Shown: positions 52,219-63,502 of the stretch, piece after piece
Position numbering within the stretch: position 1 is the first letter of the stretch
Layout of the letters: each line of letters begins with the position of its first letter
Source of the DNA: Podarcis cretensis
Lineage: Eukaryota
NCBI GenBank assembly: GCA_951804945.1
Contig: OX638154.1
Location: forward strand, 67,952,001-68,016,000
Length of the DNA stretch: 64,000 nt
Reading direction: 5' to 3'
Notes under the pieces: generated by a model
What the model was told of the DNA's origin: nothing
What the model saw: the letters and a program-made list of their open reading frames with translations, nothing else
The model's database searches: none
Made by a program: the position numbers and the translations under genes

Positions 52219-52475
52219 TGTCGCTGACTGGTTGAATGCAGAGGAATGATGGGGAACCCCCAAGGGGGGGGGAAGCTGTGGAACCCCCAAGGGGGAAAAA
52301 GGCTCCGAGCTAGGGGATTGCTGCAGGGATGGCAATGAGTGGTCAGAAGGAGAAGACTGGAAGGAGGTGTCAGGGCTTAGTGAGAGGGGGGATTCTGTGG
52401 CAGAAGCTGAAGCAAGAGAGGAAGGAGACCAGGAGGCAGAGATGAGTCCAGCTGGAGAAGCAGCAAGTCCAGCAG
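52219..52475 (+). mobile_element. Partial LTR (5' part) of the same family
   Basis: tgtcgctgactggttgaatgcagaggaatgatgg...caatgagtggtcagaaggagaagac homology. Confidence 0.65.
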
Positions 52476-52685
52476 GTTATTTTCTCCCTTCCAATGAAAA
52501 TGAACACATACACACACAGAGAGAGAGAGCTTTAATCATTCCTCTTAATTTGTTCATTTTGTCATATTCTAAGAGGGGTGGGGAACCTTCCCCCCCCCTT
52601 AAGGTCTGCTTTCCCTTAGGGGTTATCTGTCACTGGTCACATGCTAGAGTGGGTGGGGACAGAGTCACAAGTGAGTGGTGCACCC

Positions 52686-52850
52686 ATAAGAAAAGCCCTG
52701 CTGGACCTTCGAGTCTAGCATCCTGTTCTCAAAGTGACCAAGCAAATGCCTCTAGGAAGCCCACAAGCAGAACATGAACTCTCAAACTCAAACTCTCAAA
52801 CTGCTTGAGATTCCTAGCAGCTGGTTTTCAGAAGCACACTGCCTCCAAAC
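52686..52850 (-). mobile_element. CR1-tailed SINE/LINE 3' fragment
   Basis: cataagaaaagccctgctgga...tctagcatcctgttctcaaagtgacc. Confidence 0.5.
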
Positions 52851-54572
52851 CTCTTTCTTTCCGCTACACCTTTTCTCTTTCTTTCTCTACCGGGCTAATT
52901 GTTTGTTTTACGTGCACCCGAGTAGGGAGAAGCAAGGTGGGCACAACCAGCGCACTCACATGCAAACACTGCCATTATAGGTTGCCTTCTGTGTCTGTGA
53001 CACAGAAAAACAGGGCATAGATATTTTTAGTAAATAAATATTACAGGTGTCCAGTTTTTCGGGGGGCCCCCCAACCATTAGAATATAAGACACGTTACTC
53101 TGCAAATCCTGTAGCAATGAACACGAAACCAGTTCAACCATATCAATCTAGCAGTGTGTGAAGGCATTTTGGTTATTTTCAGACTGGCAACTAACTCTAA
53201 CATTGTTTTTCTTTTCCACATTATAACCTAATGCTGCAAAGTAAATTAAAAACAGGAACAGTTATCTACAGTATCCAAATGTACTCAAAATCTAACCAGT
53301 CCCTTCATTTCCTTTTAAAGCTCTTGGGGTTCCTTCTCTGTCATTCTCATCAACTCATTTCCCTTGACTTTTTGATATGCAAATTCCACTCCACAATATT
53401 AATTGTGAAATGGTATTTGTTCTATTGATAAAATTGCTGCTCCTCACAGGATTTCTTCCCCATTGCTATTATATGTATGGTGCTGTATACAGCAGCTTTG
53501 CAAAGCCAATTAATTGCTAATCAGGAGAACAGGCAAGACAAATACCTCTGACACAGATTACAGGAGAGTCAAGCAATATTATCAGTGTTTAATACATGCA
53601 CGCTTTTAATAACACTTTTGCTACACAAGATATTTGCTGCACAAATATTTGCTGCCTAAGTCTCAAGTACCACATCCCCCAAAGTTCCATGTTCTTCAAC
53701 TAAGTTTGCTCCAGTCACAAAAAGCAGGCTGATGGGAAGCTACGGATATGGCAAATATCACCAAATGTGAAAACACAAGTGCCATAGCATTATGTGTTAT
53801 GCTTAACAGCATATTCATTTACTGTTCAAAACCAAACTATTATCTCACGGTTTACTGCAAGTTCATTATCCAATATAGCTGTAGAACATTTTTTGTGTGG
53901 GAGATTTAAGTTTTCAAGACTAGATCAAACCATTTTCATGGTAGCTGCTGCTATCAGCCAGTAGTTCACAGGATACAGTCTAAGGGCACACAAGGCCAAG
54001 GTGAAATTCTATTCACTAGATTAGACACCCCAAACTTGAAATGGCAGGATCCCACTCTGCTTCTTACATGTCAATGGGTACATCTCTCAAGACCTTAAGA
54101 GCCTCACCAGTCACTCACCAGTATGGCAGTTCTGGCCATACCAAAAGGTAAAGGAACAGCGAATTCCTGAGGATTAGGAGCAGAGGCAACCTGCTTTGGC
54201 TTGGTCCACTGCAGCAAGACACCTACCTTAGCACAATCACTCTTTATACTGCCATCCAGATCTGGTGCTTCAGAGGGAAATTCTGGCATGAAACCAGAAT
54301 GAATTTCCGGAATCCAGAAATTTAGTTCTATCACCTGTGCTTTGAATCAAGTTTACGGGTTTTTATCTCATCACATGCTGTTAATTAGCTAACCAACGCC
54401 AGGGTATCTATGTTATTGCCAATACCATCTTGTTAATGGTCCCTATAACTATTTTGCTTTAATGTAATTGGCACTATCTGTTCTTTATACAGTTTCTTCC
54501 CCCACGCCCCAACCTTACTCTTCTCCATTACATACACACACAAACACAAATTGTTTCCTTATTTGGAACTGT

Positions 54573-54654
54573 ACTTCATGCGTCTGAAGTGGACTCTAGT
54601 CCTTGGAAACTTATGTCATAATAAATTGTTGGTCCTTAAGGTGTCACAAGACTC
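54573..54654 (+). mobile_element. Penelope-like element terminal-repeat relic
   Basis: cttcatgcgtctgaagtggactctagtcc..gaaacttatgtcataataaattgttggtccttaaggtgtcacaagactc matches the recalled sauropsid Penelope end pattern. Confidence 0.6.
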
Positions 54655-54796
54655 AAATGAAACATAGAATTGTAAAATCATTGTGTGTTTCTTTCCTTTC
54701 CTTGTGAAACTAAACATTTTTGCCACCATTATTTAATGAACAGTTTCTAAGTTAGGTTGGTCCCTATTTCCGATAAATTTGCTACTAGGTACTACT

Positions 54797-55156
54797 GACG
54801 CAGGTGGCGCTGTGGGTTAAAGCCTCAGCGCCTAGGACTTGCCGATCGAAAGGTCGGCGGTTCGAATCCCTGCGGCGGGGTGCGCTCCCGCTGCTCGGTC
54901 CCAGCGCCTGCCAACCTAGCAGTTCGAAAGCACCTCCGGGTGCAAGTAGATAAATAGGGACCGCTTACCAGCGGGAAGGTAAACGGCGTTTCCGTGTGCG
55001 GCTCTGGCTCGCCAGAGCAGCGATGTCACGCTGGCCACGTGACCCGGAAGTGTCTCCGGACAGCGCTGGCCCCTGGCCTCTTAAGTGAGATGGGCGCACA
55101 ACCCCAGAGTCTGTCAAGACTGGCCCGTACGGGCAGGGGTACCTTTACCTTTACCT
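54797..55156 (+). mobile_element. Sauria SINE, CpG-rich (young) subfamily
   Basis: Intact A/B boxes (ggtggcgctgtggg, ggttcgaatcc), (ACCTTT)n tail, and TSD TACTACT(GA) on both sides. Confidence 0.92.
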
Positions 55157-56386
55157 TACTACTGATCTGATCAGATAATGTTGCTATTGTACTACAGGCT
55201 CTTTCCTCATAACCTCCAAATGTGACAGGGAGCTTATGCTTGAAAGGAGCACCAACTGAAATTTTCTGCTTGGCACAACTGCCATCTTCTGGTAAGACGT
55301 AGACATCTCTCATTCCGACCTAAAGCTTTTAAAGCAGATGGTAAGGAAAATGTACAATTTCCTTCTAATTACTAGACAAGAGTGTCATCTCTGGGATATG
55401 TGGCCACCAAGTCCTACTCTCTACAGCCTAAGTTTGGAAACAATTGGGTGATGCCTCAAAAATAAAAATAAAACACACACCCCATTTGGTTTTTTAAAAA
55501 CGCTGTCAGAGCATCTTTCTTTCAGGCATGACCTTGACTGATTCTAGAGCCTTACACGCTCTAGATTTGATCTTGAAAATGCTAAAATACTGCTAGTATT
55601 TTGTAAAATATAACCTTGGGCACCTTTTGGCAGAAAGGCAGAATCAGCATTTTAAATTACGCTAAGTCCTGACTCACATTTTTTAGAAAAAATAAAAATC
55701 AATAGCCGGTTTCAAACTATTCATGTTCATGGAAGTTTGACCTATAATCCAACACAGTATGGCAATTAATATGCAATTTCATAAGATTTGAAAGATAATT
55801 TTCAATTTATTGATGTGATAATTACAAGTGCTACAGTTGTACATTAAGGAGACATGTTTTCAATAGTGTACCAGAAAGTTCTCACTACAAACTGTAGATT
55901 AGTTTTATAACCTTAATTAATTTTGCTTTTCTTGAACTGACCACATTTCAACTGATGATTTCTGTTATTGTGATTGTCTACTTCAAGATCAAGCAAGCAA
56001 CAGACAAAGCATAAAACAGAAAACAAAAAAGATAGGGGTGGTGAACCTGGCAATGAAAGTTTCCAACTTAGGCACCAGAACTCACAACTAGTATCAGAGT
56101 CAAGCTGTGGCTCAAATACATCACAGTGTTTTCCAGGATGAAAAGAAAATGAAGGAAAATGTGTCATCGAGTATGAATAGACTTCCTATATGGCTTGCCT
56201 CTGGTCAAATACTCTAATGGCTTACACCACCTGCTTGCTGTTCACCAGTCCATATTTTAAGCTGCCAGCGAAGAACAACACATTTTGTCAACATATACAT
56301 ATATTCAGGCTCTGCTAAAGAGGGAGAGAGTTAAATTACTGAGAGACAATCTTTGAAGCCTACCTGAAGTTATACAAAAGGACGTG

Positions 56387-56622
56387 CAGTGGTATCGCTG
56401 GTTACGTACTTAATTTGTTCCAGAGGTCCGTTCTTAACCTGAAACTGTTCTTAACTTGAGGTACCACTTTAGCTAATGGGGCCTCCCGCCCTGCCACCTG
56501 AGCACAATTTCTGTTCTCATCCTGAGGTAAAGTTCTTAACCCGAGGTACTACTTCTGGGTTAGCAGAGTCTGTAACCTGAAGTGTTTGTAACCTGAAGCA
56601 TTTATAACCAGAGGTACTACTG
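56387..56622. mobile_element. Tc1/mariner MITE (CAGTGGTACCTC family)
   Basis: CAGTGGTATCGCTGGTTA ... TAACCAGAGGTACTACTG|TA, with internal (taacctgaa) subrepeats. Confidence 0.82.
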
Positions 56623-57969
56623 TATTTGAAAAATTATTACAAAGTTACAGCACTTTGCCACATAGATCAAAACACTCCCTTTTCATTTTTAAAAGAAAGT
56701 TTCAGAAAAGTTATCGAATGCGAGTTAAAATTAGAAATAGCTTTCTAATAAAGTTCATCCAACAGAAACTCACATAGAAACACAACCACATAGACAGAAT
56801 CCACATCTTAGAAAGCAGATTCTACAGTTCAAATCTTGTGAATGTTGCGCAGAAGCCACTATTTGGCTTTTCTAAATGTACAGATTCAGGAAGCCCGTGC
56901 ATGTCTGAAATCATTATTCCTCTCTACATAAAGTTTACAGTATGCATAAGAGCAGCGTGGGGTTTTCCTGTTGCAGAGTAAGTGGTTTGGACTAATGTTT
57001 GCACATAGGGCCCAGAAATATAGTCCAGAAGCTTCACGTGAGTTCAGATATGGCTATATGACTGCTAACTGGATATAAGTATATCATATTACAGGGGATG
57101 CCCTCTTTGGACTCCAAGGGGGAGCCTTCTTGCAAGCTGGAGGCACAGCAGGGCTTTGCTGAGGCTTTTCAGGTCTCGTCCCACCCCCCACTTCTGGGTT
57201 TCTGGGGCCACATGTATGCATGGTCATGTGTGAATTGAACACGTGCAAATGGGGGGGTGCCTGTATGTGAAGAGCTTTCCTGAAAGGGTTTGAGAACAAA
57301 CATGGTAGAGAAAATACAGAGTGGCGAGGGAGAAGGACCTCTATTGCTTTACAGGAACAGTTTACTCAGCAGCACCATAGTGAGATATGCCTGCTGATGC
57401 TAAAGGAAAATGCAGCATGTGATTGATTCAGGAAACATTTGAGTCCGAGCTCAGAGGGAGGAACCAATTAGGAGAGCAAGTAGAGTTTGAAAAACAACAC
57501 AAGTATCACAATGGGAATACAAACTCCACATCTATTCAAAATTAAATGAGCAGATTATTTTTGAAAACATTCATCCAAGTGGAATGTCAACTTTTCTCCC
57601 ACAAGTTTGTGCATGTCTATTATTATCCTATTCATCATACTTCTAAATCTGTTTACTATACTGTTTGAGACTGCACGCGCACACGCACACAGAGGCAATT
57701 CTTATACACGCATATGAAGGATGATATATTGGTATTAGCAGTCTACATTAATGAAGAACAGCCCTGCCCCTCCAATATAACTTCATGTAGTGCAATACAC
57801 TCCCCCTCCAGAGGTTACACAATTTATGGGCTGTAGCAACAAGGTGCAAAAATGCAACATTAAGAAAGCTGCTGGAATCCCTAGTCTGAATTCTGGTGCT
57901 TTAATGAGCTGAGCTACAGCTATAAACAATCCTAGAATTGCTTTTAGCAGAGGCTTCCTGGGCCAGAAA

Positions 57970-57970
<1 letters not shown>

Positions 57971-58005
<35 letters not shown>
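57971..58005. repeat. (TG)17 microsatellite
   Basis: Read directly from the sequence. Confidence 0.97.
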
Positions 58006-58007
<2 letters not shown>

Positions 58008-58590
58008 ATCCCCAATTCAAGGTCCAGACATTACCAGAAACTTGATATATACAGCAATACAGATCTTACCAGGAACAATAATGTCCTTCTTGGTGTGTTT
58101 ATATTTTGCCTTCCCTTCATGGGACTCAAGGCACAGGATTCCCAGGTGATCTCTGGCCCAGACCCTGAGCTGACCCAGACATGTTTAGCTTCAGCAAGAT
58201 TATTACATCATGTGTCTTCAGGCTACAATGTGGACCCATTAACACCTGCATAGCCATACCTTTTGGATGGGGAAACCACATAATTGACACTCTGGACAAA
58301 AAAGTCATAGCCAGGAATTCCTCATATCGGCATTCTGTCCATTTTCAAGCTCAGAACAGCTTTCGTGGAGATGATTCCCACATACTGAATAAAACACGGC
58401 CGTTATGTTCCTCAGCCTCTATTCTAGCCTACGCTGACTGAGTAGAAAAAATGGAGAAAGGTCTACACTCTATAAGCTTGCCCATTACCAAATTGGCAAT
58501 GGCTTTCTTCTCTCAGTCTAATATTACTATGGAACAGGGATATCTAACCTTTGAGCCAGTGGGTACATTGGAATTTTGAGAAAGTGCTGT

Positions 58591-58846
58591 GAGCACCAGT
58601 GTGGTGTAGCGGTTAAGAGCGGTAGATTCGTAATATGGGGAACCGGGTTCACGTCTCCGCTCCTCCACATGCAGCTGCTGGGTGACCTTGGGCCAGTCAC
58701 ACTTCTCTGAAGTCTCTCAGCCCCACTCACCTCACAGAGTGTTTGTTGTGGGGGAGGAAGGGAAAGGAGAATGTTAGCCGCTTTGAGACTCCTTCGGGTA
58801 GTGATAAAGCTGGATATCAGATCCAAACTCTTCTTCTACTCTCTTC
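58591..58846 (+). mobile_element. tRNA-derived SINE with MIR-like core and L2-like tail
   Basis: gtgtggtgtagcggttaagagc A box, gggttc B box, gggtgaccttgggccagtcac core, and gttagccgctttgag...(TCT)n tail. Confidence 0.8.
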
Positions 58847-59056
58847 ACCAGGCCCCAAGTGGTTGCTGTGGAGGGGTGGCATAACACAAAATGGCTGTCA
58901 TGTGGTAGGGGATAATGACTACCAAATGTCAAGAGAGCCACATGAAGGTGGGAAATCCTAGAATTCAATGAACTAAGGATACATTTAAGAGGTTACGTTC
59001 AATGTAGGAATGGCTAGACTTGAGTAAGAAGAGCAAACAAGTCTCTCATGTACTAT

Positions 59057-59667
59057 TGTGATAGCCTGGCTGGATGCTGTGGAGTGGTGGGTGGCACCAG
59101 CTGGGGAACCCCTAAGGAGCACCCCAGGGGAAGAAGGTTCAGAGCCAAGGGAATTGTGATGGGACAACAATGAGTGGTGAGAGGGAGAAGAGGAAGCAGG
59201 AGGGGGTGTTGGAAGCTGAAGAAGTAACAGGGTTTAGTGAACATGACGAGGCTGTGGCAGGGAATAGTCCAGACTCAGAGGCAGAAGCAGAGGCTGGAGT
59301 AGAAAGAGGTTAGGAGCTGGAGGGGCAGGCTGCTGAAGAAGCCAGAGAGTCTCCCCCGCCTGCTGCATCCAGCTCCCCTCCCCCTGGGTCTCTTAGGACA
59401 CACAGAAAAATCAAAAGCGCAGAGTTTAGTTGTGTGTGAACAGTCCGAGACTGCTTGGGAAAAGCCCGGGAGAGGAGGAGCCTTAGAGGGTGGTGGAAGG
59501 CAGGGACTTTCATTCCTCACAACTCCCTTATTGGAGCAAGACCTACTGGGGAAAGCTGCTGGAAACACTAGGCCTGTGGTGTTTTGATTTCTTGAATAAA
59601 GAGTTAACTTCACTGACACCATGGTTGGATTTGGTTGCTAACCTACGGTTGACTCCAGCTCCTGACA
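59057..59667 (+). mobile_element. Solo LTR, 611 bp (Gypsy-like by TSD length)
   Basis: TGTGA...TGACA termini, AATAAA at ~59595, and 5-bp TSD ACTAT / ACTGT. Confidence 0.8.
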
Positions 59668-60784
59668 ACTGTGGAGTTTTATGGGGATACTTACTAAGAC
59701 CTTTTGCAGGCACCACAGGAGGTACAGTCAGGCACACTGCTGTCCACCAGCACAACACTGTCTACCTCTGCTCTGTACTGAGCACAGCCAATGAGGAAGC
59801 AAAATAGTGGGCTAAAATTTCCTTTTGCACCTACATGCACCGTATAATGACCCTTAGCATCAACTTCAAGGATCAAGGTCCATGAAGAGGCAAATTGCAG
59901 AACCTAAGTTAATATGGCTGCTCCATCCCCCACTCCCCAAACACAATTACTATTCCGATGGGATAAAGAGATGGAAGTTTTTCAATGTTTATATGTAATA
60001 TGATAAAGAAGATTTATATTATTTGCAGCATGAGGGAATATGCTACATGGAAGGATTAAGATCAGTGGCTACAAACTGGACAAAATTCCACTTACTGCTT
60101 TGAAAGAGAACCACACATTTGAATAATTGGCTGTAAATGGTTTGTGTAAACATTTTGGTACTACATTAGAGGTAGATTTCTGTAGCATCTAAGTATGTGC
60201 ATGTATTAAAAGACTTTGGAATCCTTACAACCCAGTTCTTGCTTATCCAAAGTCCTTCCAATAGATGGCAATACAGCACCATGAATAAAATCAATCTACT
60301 GAAAGTTTAAATTCTCTAAATCCTCAATGCTTCAACAGAGGAATCCATTTTAAACTGTTTATTTCCATTGCATACACACTAGCCTATAAGGTAAGCACAA
60401 GATTTATAGCGTTCTGTCTAGAAACAGGACACACCTTCCCATTAGACTGAAACCACAATGTTTAGGTAGTATATTGAATTTGTGTGTCCCAGAATCAGAA
60501 AATCACTCTCATGTTGAAGTAGAAACAAAGAGCCTATATATGTACGTAGCTCATTCATATATACAGCTCATTCATCAACTGATGCCTTGTGAACTGCCAA
60601 ACTGCTTCTACAGAAAATATTGAGGTCCCTGTGGTGTTTGACCTGATTCACACATGCAAATCACCAGTTTGAAGTATGCCTGTGTGATCTCACCCCATGA
60701 GACCTTTCTAGTCCTCAATACATAGGGCTAGTAATGGACATACTGGTATCTTAGCACAATACTGGTTTCCCCTCTGCACTACAG

Positions 60785-60938
60785 CCTTTTAAATGCATCT
60801 GTTTGAGGGGGTTTATTGGTTTGTTTTGCTTTTGTTTTATTATGTATTTTGTGATTTCATTTCATATTTTTATGTTGTGAACCACCCTGTGATCTTCAGA
60901 TGAATGGTGTAATACAAAGTTAATAATAATAATAATAA
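60785..60938 (+). mobile_element. L2 3' UTR fragment ending in (AAT)n
   Basis: Homologous to 13175-13310. Confidence 0.6.
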
Positions 60939-61298
60939 TAAGGTAAAGGGGCCCCTGACCATTAGGTCCAGTCGTGACCGACTCTGGGATTACGGCGCTC
61001 ATCTCGCTTTATTGGCCGAGGGAGCCGGCGTACAGCTTCCGGGTGATGTGGCCAGCATGACTAAGCCGCTTCTGGCGAACCAGAGCAGCGCACAGAAACA
61101 CCTTTTACCTTCCCGCTGGAAGGTATATTTATCTACCTATTTATCCACCTATTTATCTACTTGCACTTTGACGAGCTTTCAAACTGCTAGGTTGGCAGGA
61201 GCAGGGACCGAGCAACAGGAACTCACCCCGTCGCGGGGATTCGAACCGCCGACCTTCTGATCAGCAAGTCATAGGCTCTGTGGTTTAACGCGCGTCCC
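60939..61298 (-). mobile_element. Sauria SINE inserted in an (AAT)n tract
   Basis: aaggtaaagggg tail and gcgcgtccc head. (AAT)n on both sides. Internal 12-bp unit triplicated at ~61124-61160. Confidence 0.9.
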
Positions 61299-61688
61299 AT
61301 AATAATAATAATAATAATAATAATAATGCTTCCATTGAGATCATTTGCATTGTCCTTCCTTTATTCCATGTAGCAATTTATCTTCTATTTATCCACAACC
61401 CCTACAGCCCCTGTGGCTCCCACAACAAAAGCACAAATACCAAAGTTAATATTCACAATAGAAAACAATTCATAAAACGAGCAATGATTTCTGCAAGTGC
61501 CATTCTAAGCACTGCCTACTGTTGCTTAGTAGGAACACCAAGCAGGTTTATACACACATTAACATTCTCAACACACACACACAAAAGACTTGAACTCTTA
61601 GAAAAATCACAAATGCCTCGGAATTTTTTTTTTTTTTTTTTTTTTTGCGTAATTAAGTCAAAACTTGGAAATAAAATAAGCAAGATAC

Positions 61689-61861
61689 CTGGTCTCTTGA
61701 GGTGCTAAATTAGGATCCAGAGAAATGGTCTCCGTTGTAATTTCTACTTTTCGTACACTTCCAAAGAAATCAGTTATCAGAACATTTTCAGGATCTCTCT
61801 GAAACAGATCTGTCCGATGTCCAGGTGTAGACACACACAAACTTTTAGGGCACACCTGAAA
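61689..61861 (-). CDS. PIGK: PIGK internal coding exon (equivalent to human exon 9 by recalled structure), FQVCPKSLCVSTPGHRTDLFQRDPENVLITDFFGSVRKVEITTETISLDPNLAPQET+AG
   Basis: Translation is nearly identical to the recalled vertebrate PIGK segment VCPKSLCVSTPGHRTDLFQRDPKNVLITDFFGSVRKVEITTET. Acceptor ctcctttatatAG, donor AG|GTATCT. Length 173 nt, ending in phase 2. Confidence 0.96.
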
Positions 61862-62141
61862 CTATATAAAGGAGGCAAATGTGCATTGGTCAAAACAGGT
61901 GCTTGCCCCAATACTACACTGGTAGGTGAGGGAGAGTCAAAGAGAAAACAACTGTCGACACTGTGTTCATTTCTACTGAATGTCAGTAAATATGGTCAAC
62001 GGCAAGCCTGCAGACTTTGCAACTTACCAAGCTTAATGCAGCCCACCGGCAACATCCAGGTTTTCATTCTGCTTTATTGATGAGCTTTTGTTCTGCTTTT
62101 AATGCCAAAGCCAAGCACACATTTCCCAGATTAACCTAAAT

Positions 62142-62275
62142 CAGGGGTGGCTAACCTTCAGCCTTCACCATGTTGTTCAGCTCCTCCTCTCCCACCCACA
62201 ACTGATAAGAAAAATGGCCATGCTGGCTGGGGACTTGGAGTCAACATCTGGAGCGCCATAGGTTAGCCATCCCTG
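62142..62275. mobile_element. hAT-Charlie-type MITE
   Basis: TIR CAGGGGTGGCTAACCT / AGGTTAGCCATCCCTG. TSD ACCTAAAT / ACCCAGAT. Confidence 0.8.
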
Positions 62276-62634
62276 ACCCAGATTAAAATTAAAAATTACT
62301 TCTGTGCCACTTCTTAGTGACTTCAAGTCACTTAAGGTAACTAAGCTACCTTAGTAGGTAGGTAGCTGCCATGTTAATGGATCAAAACAAAGCTTGCAGT
62401 GCTCGATTAATTGGGCACGTCTCCAAATTTACCCACACATTTTCCAACCTTCCATTTCATGTCCTCCGCTTGACTCGCCTCCACACCTCAGCTTGGTGCA
62501 TGTCAAAGCTTTAGTTTGTTGTTAAGTGAAAAGTGGGTAAGCAATAATTTTACCTTTAAACCAAGGTTTGATGCAACAGCAAACAAAGGTTTGCCCCTAC
62601 TAGGTACCGAGAGAGTAAACGACGGCTTATAAGG

Positions 62635-62757
62635 GAAGAAAAGAATGTGTGCACAAAGGACAAGATCGCAGAAGCCAAACCATCTTTTACAAAGAAGAAG
62701 AAAAGAATGTGTGCACAAAGGACAAGATCGCAGAAGCCAAACCATCTTTTACAAAGA
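62635..62757. repeat. 62-bp tandem duplication (2 copies)
   Basis: gaagaaaagaatgtgtgcacaaaggacaagatcgcagaagccaaaccatcttttacaaaga repeated exactly. Confidence 0.95.
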
Positions 62758-62997
62758 GTTTACCAACCCCTGTGCATGTGTAGTTTGAAAGAAGTCCTAC
62801 TGTGTTCATTGAAGCCTAACCCCAGAGGCACATGACACTGCAGCCTTAGTTTCCCCTAAATAAAAATTAACGTAGAACTTTAAGCCATGAAAGGAAACGG
62901 CTTGGAAATCTGTCCCACCATCAGCAAGTTACAGACTAAAATTTCTAACTGGTATATCATTTTCATACTGCCTTCCAGATGGCAGCTTACATACAGT

Positions 62998-63465
62998 AGT
63001 ACCCTCGTACCCTCGGGACTGCCTCTCCTGGTATGCCCCACAGAGGACCTTATGGCCCGCAAATAATAACATCTTGGAGGTCCCGAGCCTCAAGGAGATT
63101 AGACTGGCCCCAGCCCCGGCCTGGTGGAACACTCTGTCACAAGAGACCAGGGCCCTGCAGGATTTGACATCTTTCTGCAGGGCCTGCAAGATGGAGCTGT
63201 TCCGCCAGGCCTTTGGTTGGGGTTCAGTCTGACTCCCTCTCCCCTTTTATAAGAACTTGCATGAAAGTGGCCTCCCAGTTTTTCTCACAGGCTCATATAA
63301 GTTCAGCACAAACTAATCTGCAGGTTGCCATCTGATTGGATTTTATTCTGATCCTGATCTGATTTTAGGATGTATTTTAATTGATTGCCTGATTTTATGT
63401 TAATGTGTTATAAATTTGATGTTAGCCGCCCTGAGCCCAGTTTTGGCCGGGAAGGGCGGGGTATA

Positions 63466-63499
<34 letters not shown>
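62998..63499 (+). mobile_element. L2 LINE 3' fragment with (AAT)n tail
   Basis: Degenerate LSWYAPQRTL...ILEVP...PAWWNTL...ACKMELFRQAFG coding, then gttagccgccctgagccc...gggcggggtataaat(aat)n. Confidence 0.8.

Positions 63500-63502
<3 letters not shown>

Larger units (their letters stand above)
1680..61688 (-). other. PIGK: PIGK intron (~60.0 kb, GT-AG, phase 2)
   Basis: The flanking exons join in frame and are contiguous in the known protein, so no further constitutive exon is needed between them. Confidence 0.88.

Noticed and set aside
54104-54334. 76-aa minus-strand ORF with internal donor sites
   Set aside because: Poor acceptor, wrong phase for PIGK, and no recognisable homology.
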